From the NCBI GenBank assembly GCA_043821365.1, contig JBDRCX010000006.1, forward strand, positions 224,988 through 288,987: a stretch of DNA of 64,000 nucleotides, read 5' to 3'. This DNA is from Candidatus Micrarchaeota archaeon. Lineage in GTDB: Archaea > Micrarchaeota > Micrarchaeia > Anstonellales > Bilamarchaeaceae. Within the stretch, counting starts at the first letter, position 1; every line of letters starts with the position of its first letter. Made by a program: the position numbers and the translations under genes. Below are positions 61,408-64,000 of the stretch, in pieces. Under the pieces are notes generated by a model. That model worked only from the letters and a program-made list of their open reading frames with translations. It ran no database searches and was not told the DNA's origin.

Positions 61408-62244
61408 ATGTCCAGTCCGGCGGAACTGTATCTGCATTCCTTATCTATAGCATTTGATATGGTTAAAAATATCCTTGCCACCGTCCGTGCTGATCTTGGT
61501 AGGCTTTATCTTGCTGTTGATGCTGGGTGCGGTCCTGGAAATTATATTAAACCGCTTTTATCAATTATGAGTCCTGGAGGTAAAGTTGTTGCTATTGATT
61601 CATCACAAGAAATGCTTGATTTATTAAGACAAAAACAATCTCCTTCGAACTTAAAAAAACTATTAATCGCAAATGCCAAGATAGAAGAAATGGATGGTCT
61701 GGTTCATGATGCAGATCTTGTTCTTTGCGCATCTTCTCTTCAGTTTACTGATGTTCCTACTGCATTTAATGCAATATACGCATCTCTTGCTCACCATGGC
61801 GTTCTTGTTTTTAGTATGCCCATGGGTTTAGCAGGAATCTTAGAAGAAAATCCAGAAGGTGCATATGCTGCTTTTCAGGAAGTTTTCCATTACAATCTAA
61901 AGGAAGAAGTTTCAAAAAGAGCACCTGGATATTCATTGGCTAATGTTGCGGTGATGCGTCCAGATAGGACAATCACCCAATTCCTTACACCATGTTCTGA
62001 TGCTGGGTTTGTTTTTACTGCAAGTTATGTTGCATTACAGATAGTTCCCGCATCAAAATTAGGTGTTCATCTTTCTGTTCCATGGAGGGTTGATCGTTTT
62101 ATTCCTGGTCTTGAGCACAAAATACAACAAGAATGCATGCGTCGTGCAATTGACAAATCACTTAATCACATGAAGTTTGATAAAAATTTTCCATTTAAAA
62201 GAGAGATCGGCTATGTGGTTGCTAAAAAAGGTCTAGTTAGATAA
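61408..62244 (+). CDS. Class I SAM-dependent methyltransferase
   Basis: Motif I LAVDAGCGPGNY, post-I VVAIDSS, and DLVLCASSLQF. Confidence 0.65.
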   Translation: MSSPAELYLHSLSIAFDMVKNILATVRADLGRLYLAVDAGCGPGNYIKPLLSIMSPGGKVVAIDSSQEMLDLLRQKQSPSNLKKLLIANAKIEEMDGLVHDADLVLCASSLQFTDVPTAFNAIYASLAHHGVLVFSMPMGLAGILEENPEGAYAAFQEVFHYNLKEEVSKRAPGYSLANVAVMRPDRTITQFLTPCSDAGFVFTASYVALQIVPASKLGVHLSVPWRVDRFIPGLEHKIQQECMRRAIDKSLNHMKFDKNFPFKREIGYVVAKKGLVR

Positions 62245-63100
62245 TCTCAGTTACTAATCTTCTAAATTCATCTGGAGCTTCCAAAGCAGGAAAATGTCCT
62301 GTTCTATCAATTGTTCTAAGAACAACCTCAGAGTCATTCCCCATGGTCTCAAATATTCTTGTTGCTGCAATGTTATTATCTATAAAAAGATCATGATGTC
62401 CACTGATAACAAGTACCTTTTCAGGCATCCATATTTTCCCCGCAATAAGTATATTCTCTAATTGTCTTCCTTCACTACACATGGCGTAAAATTCCATTAA
62501 TGTTGTTCGTTTATCATGAGTTTTTGTTTCTCTTAAAAATCTTGCAAATTCTCTTTTTACTTGTTCTTCTGCTCCCAAATGCCTGAAAAGAAAAGGAGAT
62601 GCTAATTGGAAAGCAGTTATGGTAAATCCCATATTTCTATATGGTAATTTACCATCTTCTATTGCATTGACAATTCTATTGGCACGCCATCGTGTGAATG
62701 CAGATCCAAGTCTAATAAGTTTATCATCTTTTGGAAAACTTTCTCTTGGATCAGATAATGCGGGGGTTACGAATACAACTGCCTTTGGTCTATGTTGTTC
62801 ATATCCTGGTTCTCTAACAAGATTAAGGTATGCGATTGCTGCAAGGCCACCCATACTATGCACCACTAAACAAGGACTTTCTATATTGCGAACTTTCAAT
62901 TCATCTAAAAGTTCTCTTGCCAATGTTCTGAAATAACCTGGAACATATCCCTGTCTATCAAACCTAAAAAATCCAAAACCACTTTCACATAACGGTTCAA
63001 GAGCGTTCCAGTCTTTCTTTTTACAAGCCCAACCATTAATAGTAACTATTGTTGTTTTTTGTTCTCTGGCTGGTCGATGGTCTATGTTAGTTACTAACAT
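62237..63100 (-). CDS. Alpha/beta-fold hydrolase
   Basis: Nucleophile elbow LVVHSMGGLAAI, and C-terminal DRTGHFPALEAPDEF (catalytic His region). Confidence 0.65.
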   Translation of the reverse strand: MLVTNIDHRPAREQKTTIVTINGWACKKKDWNALEPLCESGFGFFRFDRQGYVPGYFRTLARELLDELKVRNIESPCLVVHSMGGLAAIAYLNLVREPGYEQHRPKAVVFVTPALSDPRESFPKDDKLIRLGSAFTRWRANRIVNAIEDGKLPYRNMGFTITAFQLASPFLFRHLGAEEQVKREFARFLRETKTHDKRTTLMEFYAMCSEGRQLENILIAGKIWMPEKVLVISGHHDLFIDNNIAATRIFETMGNDSEVVLRTIDRTGHFPALEAPDEFRRLVTEII

Positions 63101-63126
63101 GTTATAATTTGAGTTAGATTGAGTAT

Positions 63127-64000
63127 TTAAATATTCTCATTTATTGTTTTTTCTAGCTCTAGTCTACGAAGTTCTAATCTTTCTTTTGATTTGTATTCCA
63201 TGGTCAGTCTAATTATTGGTTCTGTGCCTGATGCTCTTATTAGAAACCACCCATCTTCTTCGTCTACTCTCACTCCATCATCCTGTCTTATCTTTCCTTC
63301 CATTCGCAATTCAGTCACTATTTTTCTTAATCTTTCCATTGCTTTGTGTTTGTTGTTAGTTTTGTATTTTCCTCTGAAAATTGGATTTTGTTTATACTTT
63401 TTCTTCAATATTGAAAATTTGTCATTAGTTGCAAATATCTCTGCAAATTTAGCCACTGCAAGTACTGCATCTGGAACATGCACTCCTTTTTTGTAAATAT
63501 ATTCGCCACAAGGTTCTCCACCAAACAATGCGCCTTCTCCTTCAAGAACATCTCCAACATATGTACTTCCAACTGGGGTTATGTATATTCTCCCTCCTGC
63601 GTTCTCTACAACTTCTCTTATTACAAGTGATGATTCAACAGTCGTAACTATTTTTTTATTATTGTTTTTTGTAATCTCATGCTCTATCATCATTGCAAGT
63701 TGCACATCAAATGGAAGAATCTCCCCTTTTTCATCTATTATAACGCATCTATCCCCATCTCCATCATGCGCTATAGCAAAATCAGCTTCAATTTCCCTTA
63801 CAAACTTTGGTAAATATGAAATGTTTTCCTCAGATGGCTCTGATTGGCGATTAAAGCCATCAGTTGATGAATTAACACTAATAACTTCACATCCAAGATC
63901 TGTTAAAAGATAAGGAGTTATTGATGCTGCAGCACCGTTACAGTCAACAACAATTTTTGGTTTTTTTCGTGAAATTTCTATACTATCAACCATTTCAATT
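63127..64000 (-). CDS. Phosphoglucosamine/phosphomannomutase-family (alpha-D-phosphohexomutase), N-terminus beyond window edge
   Basis: AIAHDGDGDRC metal-binding loop, GGEPCGE sugar loop, RASGTEPIIRL phosphate loop. The reading frame stays open to the window end. Confidence 0.8.
   Translation of the reverse strand, partial: IEMVDSIEISRKKPKIVVDCNGAAASITPYLLTDLGCEVISVNSSTDGFNRQSEPSEENISYLPKFVREIEADFAIAHDGDGDRCVIIDEKGEILPFDVQLAMMIEHEITKNNNKKIVTTVESSLVIREVVENAGGRIYITPVGSTYVGDVLEGEGALFGGEPCGEYIYKKGVHVPDAVLAVAKFAEIFATNDKFSILKKKYKQNPIFRGKYKTNNKHKAMERLRKIVTELRMEGKIRQDDGVRVDEEDGWFLIRASGTEPIIRLTMEYKSKERLELRRLELEKTINENI

Noticed and set aside
1-64000. CRISPR array, cas1, transposase, integrase or rRNA, looked for because of the Cas2-like ORF and the GC-shifted patches.
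   Set aside because: No regularly spaced direct repeats of 24-40 nt were seen in any spacer. All large ORFs are otherwise accounted for. The only tandem DNA repeats are the coding Cys modules.

Overview
Gene-dense, low-GC archaeal chromosome segment. Spot counts of single 60-nt lines give about 27-37% GC in core genes. About 66 protein genes are supported. I found no rRNA, tRNA, CRISPR array, transposase or integrase. The archaeal assignment rests on archaeal-type PheRS beta, Pelota, proteasome alpha, archaeal UMP kinase, split transketolase, ADP-forming acetyl-CoA synthetase, an A24 peptidase, TATA-like boxes and GGTG/GAGG Shine-Dalgarno sites. The patchy metabolism and many Cys-rich secreted proteins suggest a small-genome DPANN-like archaeon; this is inference.

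Content by region:
- 1-8.4 kb: envelope and membrane proteins (DUF2207-like, PrsW-like, ICMT-like, GT-C) and a GC-shifted aminotransferase-like gene.
- 8.5-13.9 kb: two tandem ~690-aa paralogs of unknown family, packed with a Nudix gene, then a short arginase-fold-like ORF.
- 13.9-21 kb: PduO-type adenosyltransferase, acdB/acdA, a Cas2-like mini-ORF behind a 22-bp palindrome, pheT, purF and a thiolase.
- 22.5-26.3 kb: non-oxidative pentose-phosphate operon (rpe, split tkt, DsrE-like, transaldolase, DUF35).
- 26.3-33.7 kb: accessory genes (GIDE-like, two degenerate Nudix paralogs, MBL-fold, DUF4185-like, trpS, GC-rich PG-binding-like).
- 33.8-38.7 kb: squalene/phytoene synthase, proA, proC, and MNT-HEPN-pelota packed as one unit.
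- 38.8-54 kb: secreted thioredoxin, a 1225-aa S-layer-like protein and a surface-glycan cluster (3 GT4, 2 SDR, flippase, A24 peptidase, processive GT2).
- 54-64 kb: housekeeping genes (lemA, htpX, psmA, pyrH, translin-like, PGM/PMM) and a 592-aa secreted protein with 8 six-Cys repeats.

Most interesting:
- the tandem paralog-Nudix operon with an invariant strand-His...strand-Cys signature;
- the dispersed six-Cys module family together with extracytoplasmic thioredoxins;
- a palindrome shared by the S-layer-like and glycan-cluster promoters;
- the MNT-HEPN module with dual operators fused to pelota.

All functional calls come from motif recognition by eye, with no database search. Start codons were refined by hand.
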